Below are positions 1 to 12,239 of a stretch of 51,453 nt of DNA, in pieces (positions within the stretch are counted from its first letter, which is position 1; each line of letters starts with the position of its first letter). Source of the DNA: Psammoneis japonica (Eukaryota); assembly GCA_008632985.1 (NCBI GenBank), contig QPGO01000035.1:607899-659351 (forward strand). Direction: 5' to 3'. A program made the position numbers and the translations under genes. The notes beneath the pieces were generated by a model, which worked only from the letters and a program-made list of their open reading frames with translations, ran no database searches and was not told the origin of the DNA.

Positions 1-1698
1 CGCAGCCAGTCGTGATGATCCAGAGGAATCCCCTGCAGAAGTAGAAGTTGCTTTCATGTTGCTTTTGTATGACTTGTTTCGGATTTCAAAGAGGAGTGTC
101 GTCTTTTTGTGTTTGCGATTTGTGTTGTGCAATGCATGATCTGGGATCGCATCGGTCGATTTTTGGCGCGTGTGTGAGATTATGTGGTCTCCAGTACACT
201 TCTCTACGCATACGAGAGACTGTACTGAAGCGGACGTAAGAAAGAGCGAACCCAAGATAAAATGTAAAATATTAAATCTTGCATAATACTTTAGAGTATC
301 CGTTTGAAGAGTCCTAAGTAGGTTGTATGTGTGAGACATCTTCGGCAGCAGGCCGATGAGAATGACATCATTAGCGGGCGGCCGTGTTGTTGAGCTGTCA
401 TCGTGCGCGCGCGCAGTGCGAACACGGTTCGGAGGATGGATGGACGACAGAGAGCGCGAAAAGAGCAGAGCAGACGCGCAAGCAGCAAACCCTAAAACGA
501 TTCTCCCACAGCAAACAGCCTCGCATGCACACTGTGCAAAATCTTCAGCATCACAAGTTTGCTGATGATGTGCACATGGTGACCACCAACAAGGTTTTGT
601 CAGTCCACCGACAGTGTGACACAGACTGCACATGAACGATGCCAGACCTCTCCAGGTGGCCGAGCAGATCTCTCTGAGATCTGCCTCTCATTCTCTTCTG
701 CCAGCACTCATGTCATCACAGTCCCAGTGCTTGGGGAGTCTTTCAGACCTCCATCATCATTGACCTTCGGCATTCTGTCAGGTTGTGGCCTTGTGTTGTG
801 CCGCTGAACTCTGCACCACGCTTTCTGTTTTGATTCATTTGTTTTGTGAGCCGATTGAGCAAGCGCCTCATCACCTGTTCCCGAAACAGTTTTTTCCTTG
901 CTTTCCTGGCATTTTTCACAATTGTAGAAACACACCAGATTTCCACGTGTGCATGACCAAAATGCCACCACCAAGTCCAACCATGGCGTCTCCGAGCAGT
1001 GCAAACCCTCCTCCGACGTCAATTGCAGAGATCTGCTGTGAGTTCCAAGCACACAGTGCTGTGCCTCATCTCCACACATCCCTCAATGAGCTCCATGCAG
1101 ACACCAGATGTGATCTGGACCCATTTTTTGATGATTCAGAGCATGATGCTCAACTGAGGAAGGATTTTGTGGACCTGTTTCGAGATTGTCTCATCAACGA
1201 AGTGATCCCACCTTGAGCAGTTGTTCCTGCAGACATGCAATCCATCAAGATGATCCTTGATCAAGCTCAGCTTTGCATTGTGAACCCAACAAGGCCTCAA
1301 ATGAGTTGCCCAACCACTGAGAGAAAGAGGGACCACCAGTTCTGTCACCTGCTGCTGACCCACCTCTTTCTCTTGAGATGACCATGGACAGTGCAAGCTC
1401 TCTGGCATCTCCCAAGAAACCGGATGTTCATGCTCTGCCAGACAATGACCCAAGTCCACCATGTTCAGAGCAGGGGAGGGAAGAAACTGCCTCTCACAAT
1501 CCTGATCCGAAATCCTTGGAAAAGGGGAGGGAACCACCTTCTCATGGCAGTTCTGCTGCAGAATTTGATCTTCACTGACAGATTTGCTTCCAGAGGATGG
1601 TCTTGCCGCCATCAACTCTGTTGGGATCACTCCTGTCATGCCAACCATTGCCTTTGCTTCTGACATGGATCCTTTTGACTGCAAACCTGTTCAGGTGA

Positions 1699-2169
1699 AT
1701 GCCGCGTCATTTGCCCCCAATGAATGCTTTTGCTGACATTGCGTGCACAGGTGAGCATGAGCTTCTTCACAAGCACCAGGATTTCACACCGGAGATTCTG
1801 TGCCTGCTTGCTGTCAATCCTGTTTTAGGACCAGAAGCAATCCCTGTTGGATTCAGATGCCTCCATGTTTTGGCAGAGAACCCCAAGGCCACGTGGCGAT
1901 TCGCGCTCATTGTCATCCAAAGATTTGTTCCACCCTTGTTGATGAACGGTTGTTGCTTTGCACCAATGGCAAGCAATGAAAGGACTGCACCGTTGATTGT
2001 GTCCTCAAGTTGCATGGTTTGGGCACCTGCAAGTTTGTGGCATGCCATCAAGTGCACTGAAGTCAGGACATTGTCATTCACAGACAATTGGTCAATGGCA
2101 AGTGTTGCACTCACCCGCTTGTGCCTCCCACGTCTGACGACAGTCTTGACAAATCAATTGCGCAATTGA
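1699..2169 (+). pseudogene. Copia protease-region remnant (frameshifted)
   Basis: NAFADIACTGEHELLHKHQDF resembles the D-S/G-G-A-x-x-x-C-T-G...LLH-x-Y protease segment of Copia pol, with Y->H changes. It lies just upstream of the integrase. Confidence 0.55.
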
Positions 2170-2173
2170 AAGA

Positions 2174-3230
2174 GTGGATCCTTCCTTTGCAGATGAGTGT
2201 GAAGCGGCATCAGCATTCATGATTGAAACAAGTCATGTGTGCCAACACAACCTCCTCCATGAAGAATGCAAGATGATCCCACAAGCACACCAAGACATCC
2301 CTTTTGAGGAACATGCCAACAAGTTGATGCCTGTTCAGCCCCTCAAGGCTGACACTGATTTTCTTTTATGGCATCAACGACTTGGTCACCCAAGTGACCA
2401 TTGCTTGCATCATGCTCATGAACGTGCCGATGGTGTTCCAAAACTTGCCCATGGTGCCTCTCCATTGGATGCATGTCCTGCTTGCATCCATGCCAAACAG
2501 ACAAAGGAAGCCACTGGCCCACATTTTATGATGACTGTGACTGAACCCTGCCAAGGCCTTGCTGTTGACCTTTCTTTCTCTGGCATCCATTCCAAGAATG
2601 AAGAATGCTCCATTGACTGTGCAGGTTTGAATGGCGAAACTTGTTGGATCACTGTCTACGACCATGCTGCAAAACATCTCTGTGGCACCACTCATGTTTC
2701 CAAGGCCATCCCTTTGAATTGGCTTTGACGATTCCTGGAGGAACACTCACCAAAATGTCCAGATGAACATGTCTTTCTGGATCAAGGTGGCAAGTTCTGT
2801 TGCAATCCAGCAGTTTGGCAACTTTTTGAGGACAACTGTGTAATTTGTCCCACTGGAAAAATGCTTCAAACCAAAGTGGAACAGGAGAGAGGAGTCATTT
2901 GACCATCGCCAATGTCATCCAAGCAATGTTGACAGGTGCAAATTTGCCCCATCAAGTTTTGGCCTCATGCTTTTCACCACTGTTTGTGAATCAAGAATGC
3001 CGCTCCATCAAAGGGTCGAGTTGCAGCTCCAATTGCTCTTGCTGCGGGTGAGAAGGATGATTTTTCCACCTTGCACACGTTTGGTTGTTGTGTGCAGGCT
3101 CAAGCATCCAATCATTGGAAGGCAAAGTTCCACCCCAACTCTCGACACCACCAAGAACGTCCTTTGGTGTGATCCAGAGACATCTCGTGTCAAGACTGCC
3201 AAACACGTCCATTTTGATCAGGGGATGAAT
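2174..3230 (+). pseudogene. Copia GAG-pre-integrase/integrase remnant
   Basis: LLWHQRLGHPSD, CPACIHAKQ, QGLAVDLSFSG, GLNGETCWITVYDH, then FLDQGG after an in-frame TGA at ~2726. Several frameshifts follow. Confidence 0.85.
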
Positions 3231-4007
3231 GATTTGGGTCATGACTCTATTTCCCCAAATGTGATTCATTTGGAACGCACCCAGGCTGGTGATCCTGTCC
3301 CAGCTGAATCCAAGGAAACTGCTGTGGAACAGTTCCAGTTTGCTGGCAACCCCTTTGCTGAGACTGTCACCCACACGATGAAAGGACTGTTCCATGACTC
3401 TGCCTTTGGCCTGTCCCTGCATGCCGATGACCCATGTCAACGTGTCCATGTTTTGGACATTCAATGTGGCACCCCTGCTGCTTGCTTGTTCTCCTCCTTG
3501 AAGGCAACTCGCAACAAGACATTGGGTGCCTGCATCATCTCCATCAATGACCACCATGTTTTCACCACTGACAATGCTGTCAACAGATTGCAAGCCCTGC
3601 ATTGCTCAGGCAAGGCACATTGTTTTGAGACCAAGTTTGCTCCTGAACATTGTCTTGACTCCAAGGCTTTACAACATGCATTGGTTGAGCACAGTGTCTT
3701 TGCTCCTGCACCGGACCCTGATGAGGAACATGCACTGGATTTGACTCCAGCTGACACTCATGCAATTGTGGCAATTTGCTGCCCTGGCACTGACTTCTCT
3801 GGTTTTGATGACATTGAGGAACCCCCAACGATCCATGTTGATCATGACAATGGTGTTGTGAACCTGCATGCTGTCTCCTCTCATGTGATTGCCCCAGAAG
3901 AACAGACGTTGGGTGCTTTCACATGACACAGCCTTGAGAAGTTGCCTGCTTGGCCAGATTGGCATGCTGGTGAATTCCAGCAATTGGATTGATTCCATGA
4001 GATTGAC

Positions 4008-5305
4008 ATGTTTGGTGCACCCATCAAGCAACCAAAGGATGCTGTGGCACTGCGTCCCCACTGGCAGTGCAACCTCAAGAATGATGGAACACATTGTTCC
4101 TGGCAATGCTTTGATGGATCTTCTCATGCGGCTCCCATTGTTCTTCACCGTCTTTGCTCCACTCATTCATTTTGTGTTGAACAACCTGTTCAATGGATGT
4201 TTTTTGCCCTTGCTGCCACTTTGAGTTGTCAGACATGCAGTGGCAATGCAAGAGACACATGTGTGTGCTCCCTGGCACCTTCTCATCCCACACACGTTGC
4301 AACTGATGAAGCACACGTGACTTGGTGCAAGTCTAGATTTGGAGTTAAGTTGGGTCAGAGCACGGTTCTTCCAATGCAACATGCCCTCCAAGGACACCCA
4401 GAAGCCGGTGTGCTTTGGGAGAATCACATCAACAGCATTCTCTTTGATGTGAATCTTTTGTTCCACAACACTGCTCATGACAAGTGTGTCCACTCTGCTG
4501 CATTTGATGGACACAAGATTTTGCTGTTGCAACAAGTCAATGATTTTTTGATTGCATGCCCTGATGAAGCTGTTGCTCTCAAGAATTGTGACAAGATTGG
4601 CAAAGCTCTGCAACTCCCTTTGGAAGCCAGTCCTCCCTTCAAGCATCTTGGTCTTGTTGAGGACTTCAATGGTGTGGATGTTCACCAGTGTGATGACTCT
4701 GTTGGCATTGCCGTCCATGCTCACTTGGTGCTTGTCTCCCATGGATGGATTAAACCTGCAGCAGCTGAACCTGCTGCTGACTACAAGGCAACTCCTGCAC
4801 CCGTCGAGTCCATCCATGAACTCTGCACCACTGTTGGTCCTGTTGAGGGTGCCTCAAAGCATGCTGAATTGGAGGAAGCAGCTGGTTTTGGTTGTTGCAC
4901 TCTGCTTGGAGAATTGTTGCATGCACATGTTGTTTGCCGTTTAGATGCAGGTTACGTCATCACTGCCTTGTCCAAATTTTCTACTTGCCCTGTCATGTTT
5001 CATTGCAATGCCCTCAAGGGTGTTGCCAAGCACCTGCAACACACCAAGCATTGAGAACTCAACTGCAAGAAGCCCAGGTTGGACCCTGGTTTACCAAAAT
5101 GTCCGCATGAAAGATTGGCCGATGACCCCACTTTACCACCTTTTCCTGCTGCTGATTGTGAGCATCAACTCCTTGCTTTTCTGGATGCTGCATGTGAAAA
5201 TGACCTCCACAACTGCCTGTCCACTGTGGGACATGGTTGCATGCTGGCAGGTGCTGCTGTGTCATTTTGATGCAAGACACAGTCGGCTGCGGCTGCAAGT
5301 TCCAC
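4008..5305 (+). pseudogene. Copia reverse transcriptase plus N-terminal part of RNase H
   Basis: LRPHWQCNLKNDGT, ALQGHPEAG, HDKCVH (from HDxCxY), LQQVNDF, DFNGVDVHQ, TLLGELLHAHVVCRLDAGY. The RNase H remnant ends abruptly at ...AAAASST (~5305). Confidence 0.9.
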
Positions 5306-6660
5306 GTGCACTATGCTCGAAGAACGAGTGCAAACGAAAGTAGAACGAAGTTCGAAAAGTGAAAATTATGAGATTAAATTTTACTCTGTGATTTTTGGTT
5401 TCTCCGAATGAGTTCTCAATGGCCTAAAGCTTCTGTACTGCTTCTACAGACAAAAGGCCTTTCGGAGAATATATTCGTGACAACAGATTGTCCGGATACG
5501 ATTGCTATTGACACGTAAGATGTCAACATCGTCAATCGATCGTATTTGCAATTCTCGACATCCGATCAACTCTGTGTGATCGTTCTGTCCTTTGTACGCA
5601 TCCACGACTGTGGTACGATTGACATATAAATAATATATATAATCATAAATATGTATATAACAGTCGCATACTGCATTCGCCTCCCTAATTGCACATTAGA
5701 GTCATTTGTTAAGTGGATTATTCGACGGACATTGACAGTGTCAATAATGTCTCCACGTTCACTGTATTGTGCCATTAGCAATGACTGTTGTTGTTTTAGG
5801 CCAGCATACACAGGGCCGTTTCATTTTCCAAATGTCTTTCGAGAGTATCATGGTTTGTCTCATGTTCATTTGGACACACGGACCAATTGTCCTGCTGTTC
5901 TTTCATGGTATCGATTGTACATAGCATTTTGCCCAGTACTCGATGTACGCACTTAATTGGCGTTCACTTACTTACTTCTTGTGGATTTCGTGTAGTTTGG
6001 CGGGCTTTACTTTATATGCCATATTGCTCTGCTGCACTACCACGTTTCATAAGTAATAATTAACGATGGTCAAGGATATGACCATTTCGTCTTGATGATC
6101 AATCCTGTGATGGTTATGAATTCAATTATGGATTTTTTGTACTTCAACCATCTATCAGTTGGGTTTTAATCGTTATTTGGACGTTTCTTTTTGACATACC
6201 GGTGTTATTTTGTCATTCCGAAGGCACTGGTTTCGTGCACTAAATGTCCATTTTTCTTTTCTTTTCTTTTTCTAGATCTTTGGCACATCTCGTGTGTCGA
6301 CATGATGTATATTTTAATGTCTTGCCTCGTACATTGTACAATACAAAACCGTACGGGTGTTGTGAGATTGTCTTTTGCCAGTGTGAAGTGGATACGTATA
6401 ATGTATACCAATCTGTCACTGTTTTTTCCTAAATCGTCCTTTAAAAAGGCGATTTTATCCTTATGATGTGAGCATTTTTCGATCTCGCTCGCCTCCACGA
6501 AAAGTGTTCGTATGATATGTCGCGTCCGACAATTTGGAGGGAAATGTCTTTATCCCGTTTTAACGGTAGGACATTGTCGTAGGATTCAATTTTCTATAGT
6601 AAGTCGGCTGATCGCGTCTATCGCGACGATGTTCGCCTTGCCCTCGCTGTGTTTTAATTC
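5306..6660. other. AT-rich island with normal TpA content and no recognisable ORF
   Basis: TA dinucleotides are abundant (e.g. ATATAAATAATATATATAATC near 5624), unlike both flanks. The short ORFs do not resemble any family I recognise. Confidence 0.6.
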
Positions 6661-6679
6661 GGGACTGAACAACAAACGA

Positions 6680-9600
6680 GCAAGCAAACAAGTGGGAGCA
6701 ACTCAGCCACCTGAGAGGGGGTGGTGGTGTTGACAAGCAGTGCAAGAATGTTGTTTTCACTTTTGCTTTTGAAATGTGGGAAAGCTTTGCACTGCAAGCT
6801 AATTTTGTGTCCTCAACAGCTTGTTTCAACAACTTGCCTTGGCCCCCCACATGACACGATGCAGCATGTGTTCTTTTTTTCACATTGCAGCTCTCACACA
6901 ACAGCTTTCTCACTGCACTCAAGCAACCATGTGGCACCCATCAACTCATGGGACATCAGAGGGGGGAACAATTTGATTGGGGGGGCAATTGAAAAATGTG
7001 GGGGCCCGTCTCTCATTTTCCACACAGGTTTTGGGTTTGTTGCATTTGGTGTTCTGTCACATTTGATGGGGGCAGCCACACTGGCTTTGTTCATTTGCAA
7101 TGCAGGTCCTTCATTTAAAATGTGGGTCAATGACTTGGCCCCAATTTTTGCTGTTGCATTGACGATTTCATGCTGTTGCATTTTTCTTTCTCCCTTGATT
7201 TGCAGATCCGTTGTTTGCTCCCCCCCCCCCTCTCCTTGGTCGACTCTGTCCATGGTCATTTCCACATTTTTCCACTTCAGTTTAAATTGTCCTTGCCAAA
7301 TGTCAATTTAAACAGATGTCTGTTGCTGTGCATCTGATGTCTTCCTTGCTGTCTTCCTCCATCTGCATCTGATTGCCCTCTCCTTCTTGGTTGTCTTCCT
7401 TGCTGTCCATGCATTCCAAGAACTCTTTGGACCAAACTTCATTGTACACATCCACTGCCTTGCTCAATCTCTTCTCCTGTGTCTGTTTTCCTAACTCCCT
7501 GCACCTGGTCAGTCTGCCCTTGTCCCATCCATGACTCCTTTTTGCTGCTGAACCCTTCCCATTGCTGCATTTTGCCTCTGGAATGATCTTCTCGTTTTTT
7601 GCCACCTTCAACTCCTCCTTTGTCTTGCCATGCATGCATGTCCACTTGCCCCAATTGTTTTCCAAAACTCACAGGCCAAGTGCCTCATTGCTTGCCAATG
7701 CCAACTTGTTCAAGCAATGTCTTGGTTGATTTGAGCCAATGTTTCCACATGGTCTTTCCTGCCATGATGGGCAGGAAGTGGATGATGAAATGTGTCTGGG
7801 CCATCATGCAGTCCCTGCCCTCTTGCATTTCTTTCAGAGATGGCATCTTGGCTTTGTCTTCTGCTTGTGGGTTCTTCTTGTCATGATCTGGATGTGCCCA
7901 TGCATTTGCAACACATGGGGCAATGTGTGCCAGCAGTGCATTGTTTCACTGTCTTCGTGTCACCCAACCACTCACTGAAAAATTCTTTCTTAAGTTCCCC
8001 ACTTGTGTTGTTCCTCTTTCTTGTCATCTGCCTTTGCACCTCATCCTTGACATGTCCCAAATGTGCACTCTCTTTTCTTTGGGCATGTTGAGCTTGGATG
8101 GCACCATGTCTGCCACTCTTCCATCGCTGTCATTCAGGGCCTTGTCAATCAGAAACTTCCTGTGCTGTCTGAACAACATGTTCTTGCAGCAGTTCTCCAA
8201 CACAATCTTGTCTTGGTCATTCATTTTTTTGTTGCATTGCTTTTTCTTTCATCATTCACTCATCATGTTGTCTTGTTCTTCTGTTGATGATGATGTGACA
8301 GTCCCTCCCGTGATCACCGAACTGCCACTTTGTTGCACCACGGTTTCAACTGGTGCATTGTTCTGCACAATGTCTCTTCCCTGCGCCGTCCATGACAAGC
8401 CACAACAGTTGTCAGTTGAGTGCAACCGCCTTGCATTTCACTCATTTCAAACTTGCCTCATCCCTCTCCAGGCTTTGGTGTGGTCCAGTCCCTGCTCATT
8501 CAAGGTTTGTCATGGTGCATTTGTGCTCTTACACAAAAAAGTGACATTTCTTTAACGTGACCTGTTGAGAATCAAGTGGCAGCCTCTGCTGCTGTCCACT
8601 TGTGTGCCTGCCCACCCCACACTGGTTCCTGCACATTTTTTACGTCTGTGTTCCTTTTTTAAATTTTTGGCGTGCATTCCTGTTGGTCAAAAGTGTCAAA
8701 TAAAGTTGCAGCTTCACCCGGACTTCTGTTGCTGATGCACACTGATCCCATGTGTGTGTGATGCACTCCATCCCCTCAAACCGTCTGTGCCTCCATCCCA
8801 CTGACATCTGCACTGTTGTGGTGCATGATCAACCATGTTCTGCAGTGCACTGGAGTGCACACCTTACACACCACCTGCCCAGAGCAATGGCTGAGTTTCA
8901 TTCCATCCAATGAAAATTCTCTCTTCCTGTGGATTCCCTCACCAATGACAGCGTGTTCTTGTCCAGAATGTTGTGAAGCCACTCCATGCAACCATTCTCC
9001 AGAGGACCCCAGTCTGGGTTTGCCACTGCAAGGTGCAGCATGCATGCTGCATGATTGTCACCCAGAATCAACACCTTGGCACATTCATCCATGTCAAGCT
9101 TGTCTTGTTCACATGTGATGACATGCACATCTGGGTCCTCTTCTGACTTTTTTCCAACCAATTTTTGAAGCACATCCTGTGCACTTGATGGTTTGGCACA
9201 TCCTCACAATCAAGTGGCTCAATGCAGAGCTCATGGAGGGCAAGGCTGTCCAGGTGAAAATCCTTCCTCTCCATGTGTGGCACTTTGCCTCCTGTGGTCT
9301 CTTTGTTGCTTGGCAAGAACATCTCGAGAACCGCTTTCTTTGTTTCTTTTGATGATTTTGCAACAGATTTGAGCAGTGTCCTTTGTTGGCATTTTGCTGA
9401 TTTGTTCACGTCCAAGGGGCACTGGCCCTCCGCTCTCAGTTTTGCAATCTTCTCTTTGATTTCCTGGAGTTCCTTGTCTCTTGCCTCCTTGCCAACAGGG
9501 GCACATCGTGAGTGGAAAATCTGTTGCCACTCCTTTGACCAGCTGTTGGGATTGGCATCATCCGGGATGTCCCAGGTGTCGTCTGTGGCAAATGTTGCAT

Positions 9601-12130
9601 CCCATGTCTCTTGCGCCCAATGCAACACATTGGACGACACTGGGTTGTCCTCAACAATGGAGTTTCCTCTTCCACTGTTGAAGCCAAGTGCCAATTTTAA
9701 CAATGATTGTGCCAACAAGGTAAACAAGATGAAAATCATGCAGGTGGCAAGGGTCCAAATTTTGTCACTGTTGTAAAACTGCAGTGCATGCAGCCACAAA
9801 GCAGCAAGGCAGGGAGAGTGCCACTCCCCACACACAGAATGGGGAAGCAGTGGCAAGGAACAAAAGGGAGTGCAGTCTTGTCAACTCATCAACAGCATTG
9901 ATCATCAAAAGCAAATGCCTGAAGGGATTGAGGTTGCATCTCATCTTGACTGCATTGAAATTGAGTGTGCAATTGTCAATGTTACACCGTGAGCACATGA
10001 TCCAAACCAATGGATTTGTGAGAAGCCAGCAAAGAATTGCAAACTGACCAGACTGCCTCCACATGAGGCAAGTGGATGCTTTCAGCTGAAACCTGACAGC
10101 CATGTTTGTTGCAAGTGCACCCTGTGGTGGCAGTCCATTGGAGAACTCCATTGTCACCAAGGGTCCCTCAAGAAAGAGAAACAACACTTTTTTTGTTTTC
10201 TTGAGACTGTTGTGTTTGTCATGGTGACAGTCCAATGGGTTGGAAAGGTTGGTGTTGGCTGCATGCAGTGAAGGAACCCAGCAATCAGTGGCCACTTTGT
10301 TGCCTTTCTTGGCATTGATGTCCGCCGGGTCATTGTGATTAAACAACACTGCTCTGGGAGAAAACCATGGGACATCTTGCATTTGTTTGGTGCAGTCAGA
10401 AAGTTCAATGAACAATGGGACTGTCAACTGGGCAGACGTGACCAATGGATGTGCCACTGCAGGAGTTCTTCCTGCCTGTGCATTGACTGGAAGTGTTCCC
10501 ACATTCCTTGCACATGCCCAGTGACTGACGAGTGGTGCTGGCAGAGGAAGAAGAATCAGCAGGAGTGGTTTCGCCAGCTTTCTTTTACAAAGCCTTGAAA
10601 TCCAATCCATCAAGGATGGGGTGACCCTCATTGACAATGTGAAGGCTGTTGTCACGGTGATTCTTGTGCAGCAAGCAGACATCAAACAAGATGTTGCAAT
10701 TGCAACTGTTTTTCACAACAGATCTGCAAAGATCTGAGTGTGCCATCATGCAATGACAGTGTTTCTCATCAACACACACCAACAGCTGGCCTGACTCCTG
10801 TTGAGATTCGACAACACAAAGTGAACAAAAGCAATGTGCATCCAACACTTGTGGCTTGCCCAGCCAAGCTCACAGAGTGAAGACATTTTCTTCCAATGGG
10901 ATGGCTTGGGTTCTTTGACACCATGCACATGTTCTTGAGCCCTCTCCATTGAGTGGGCACAGACTGGGGGATGATTGATGGATTCAGAGAGGAGATGAGA
11001 GGAGTTTGCATGGAAGAATTGGTGAGTTCCGGCCCAAACGCAACTGGACAGTTCATTTCAGGATCTGCTGCACACAAACCATGCAATGAGGATGCTTGAG
11101 GAGGTGCTCATGCAGCGGTGGCTGCATTGGCAGACAAAGACACAGCTGGGACAAAGAAGACAGAAGATGGGGAAGATGAAGAAGAGAAACTGCTGAACAA
11201 TGGGGTGGCGCTGGGATGGACCGTGGAGAAGCCAGAGGAGCCATCAGCACAGCAAAAGCCACCAAAATCAACACCATCATGAATGCCTTCCATGGAGACA
11301 AGAGGGGATCCTTGCACAGCTGCACCCCCCACTGAAGGTGGGAGTCATGGGATGAACCCTGGCAGCACACTCTCTGGCACACATGCCCAGAAAGCAGGGT
11401 CCAGCAGCTGTGCCTCCAAAGTGAGGAGGGAGCATGGGATGCACCCTGACACAATCATCAAAGGGTGCATCAACAGACATCGCTGTTGCCCCCTGTAGAA
11501 AAGGGAGCCATGCAATGAACCCTGGCAGCGATGTCAGAACAGCCATCAAAAAACATGTGGCAACCTGCTGCACCCCCGCCGATGGTGGGGGGCATGGGAT
11601 GAACCCTGGCAGCAGGAGGGGTGTGTGTTGATGCAGGAATGCAGATGGACAATGACAGATCTTGAGATGGTGATTTTCTTGCCCGCTGTTGACTGAGTTC
11701 TGATGCTGCTTCTTTGACAGATGAGAGTGTTGGACTCCCCTCCATGGCTGATTTTGAACTGCCGGAAGGAGACAAATGATGACCATGGTGCAAAGAGGAG
11801 TGTGTGACAGTGCTGCTGTTGGTTTTTGGTGGCTAAACAGTGGTGATGCAACAAACAAAAAAACATGAGCAAAATGATGTTGGTCGCAGAGGCCGATCCA
11901 ACTGACAAAAATGAAAATTTTGGAGTGGACAAACTTGCATGTTGAACAAGTCATTAACACAATTGGGTGTGGAGATTAAAATTTTTGTCAACAAGGAAAA
12001 ACACCATGACTGTGGCAAAAAAAGAGGTGTTGTTGTGCGGCAAAAATCACAGCATCACCCAAACAGACCACTTGAACAATCAAGGGGGTTGTGTCTGTTT
12101 CCAGCAAAAAAGAGACAAATTAAATGAATG
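6680..12130 (-). mobile_element. Degraded repeat-derived region carrying several broken minus-strand ORFs of unidentified family
   Basis: Strong TpA and CpG depletion, as in the neighbouring TEs. Protein-like fragments include ENNWGKW...GWDKGRLTRCREL (7303-7665), IVLENCCKNMLFRQHRKF (8024-8224) and 8898-10848. No transposase motif recognised. Confidence 0.5.
11320..11614. repeat. Four imperfect direct repeats with core CATGGGATGAACCCTGGCAGC, spaced 76-87 bp
   Basis: Cores start at 11346, 11433, 11509 and 11593. Each is preceded by a C-rich/G-rich segment able to form a short stem. Confidence 0.8.
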
Positions 12131-12239
12131 AGGCATTGATTAAATTTAGCCGGGCTGAAGGGGTCATGCAGGTGCCACTGAAGTCAGGCAGGGTGGTGTG
12201 ACATCAACGCAAGCTGGTCAAATTAAATGCAGGTTGTGG

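Larger units (their letters stand above)
540..5305 (+). mobile_element. Degenerate Ty1/Copia LTR retrotransposon (diatom CoDi-like), internal region, truncated inside RNase H; no LTRs identified
   Basis: Copia domain order PR-INT-RT-RH is visible across broken frames: LLWHQRLGHPSD...CPAC (integrase Zn finger), ALQGHPEAGVLWENHIN and LLLQQVNDF (degenerate RQVDDF RT motif), LLAFLDAACEND...AGAAVSF (RNase H). The 5' boundary is approximate and based on the start of TpA/CpG-depleted sequence. Confidence 0.92.

Noticed and set aside
1..57. Possible 5' end of a minus-strand gene (MKATSTSAGDSSG...)
   Set aside because: Only 19 codons fall inside the window, so it cannot be supported.
11320..11614. 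CRISPR-like repeat-spacer appearance
   Set aside because: Only four degenerate units, in a eukaryotic TE context, with no cas genes.
12133..12230. Imperfect inverted repeat (GCATTGATTAAATTTAGCC / GGTCAAATTAAATGC) as a TE terminus
   Set aside because: Too degenerate, with no partner end or target-site duplication found.
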